This document shows, piece after piece, positions 63,396 through 64,000 of a DNA stretch of 64,000 nt. Origin of the DNA: Malacoraja senta (Eukaryota); contig CM075992.1 in assembly GCA_038087875.1 (NCBI GenBank), forward strand, positions 4,342,001 to 4,406,000. The letters run 5' to 3'. How positions within the stretch are numbered: position 1 is the first letter of the stretch; each line of letters opens with the position of its first letter. The notes under the pieces were generated by a model. That model saw only the letters and a list, made by a program, of their open reading frames with translations, was not told the origin of the DNA and made no database searches. The position numbers and the translations under genes were made by a program.

Positions 63396-64000
63396 ATGGG
63401 CCTAATTTTTTTACTTTTATAAAATAAAACCATTAACTGATTACATTCAAATGTTGTGGTTATGCATTGTTGCTTGTGCTTACTCAAATAGAGTCAATCG
63501 ATGCAGTGAACACCTGGATTAAAATCCACGGTGTGAAATCACAGAGCTTTGAAATCTTCACGTAGTCACTCACGTGACTCCGAAGTAAAATAGTAAGATT
63601 AAACGAGAACTTACCAAGTTTGAAGTTTGATCTTTATTTTATGAGGAGTAACGTTGAGGGATTACGTGCCCTCCGCTCCCACCCTCATAAAAAGATCAAG
63701 CTGGTAGTTCTAAGTCTTTATGCATCTTACTATCGTACTTCAGTAATTATCGTCTGTGATTGTCACTCCGCTGTTTTGAATGATTGACGCGTGTGCGGCT
63801 GGACGGGGCTTCTTCACGTAATCCCTCAACGTTACTCCTCATAAAATAAAGATCAAACTTCAAACTTGGTAAGTTCTCGTTTAATCTTACTATTATAACA
63901 GAACAGGCACATCAGTCCTTGCAATAATCTTGCAGGCTTGAAAGAACAGACAACCCATTGGGATGTTCACTAAAGGGACCACTAGCTTGTTCCATGTGCA

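Larger units (their letters stand above)
58821..63894 (+). mobile_element. Full-length DIRS1-type tyrosine-recombinase retrotransposon (young copy)
   Basis: Left terminus 58821-58883; right ITR 63785-63820 plus extension to 63894; internal complementary region 63555-63668 is the exact reverse complement of both ends; ATT at both ends; gag, RT, RNase H, MT and YR ORFs. Confidence 0.96.

Overview
Vertebrate genomic DNA, most likely from a cartilaginous fish (skate/ray-type repeats: HE1/V-SINEs, CR1, Penelope-derived repeats). The window lies inside a minus-strand complement C3 gene. I traced 27 consecutive, phase-compatible exons (equivalent to human C3 exons 12-38; numbering by analogy, from memory). 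They encode the RKRR beta/alpha site, C3a ending LSLGR|S, the GCGEQ thioester, the catalytic His (PVIHGEM), CUB/MG8 and the start of C345C. One intron appears to use a GC donor. The introns are full of transposable elements, most notably two full-length DIRS1-type tyrosine-recombinase retrotransposons on the + strand (32883-37607, decayed; 58821-63894, with perfectly matching termini, gag, RT/RNase H/methyltransferase and an intact recombinase ORF). The most interesting signals: (i) splice sites conserved in both DIRS copies that would excise RT-RH-MT and join the upstream frame in phase to the recombinase ORF, plus a putative 5'-leader intron; (ii) a hammerhead-ribozyme-like core in many Penelope-derived repeats; (iii) an endonuclease-only CR1 and a Harbinger-like MITE family. 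All calls come from reading the sequence by eye; no searches were run.
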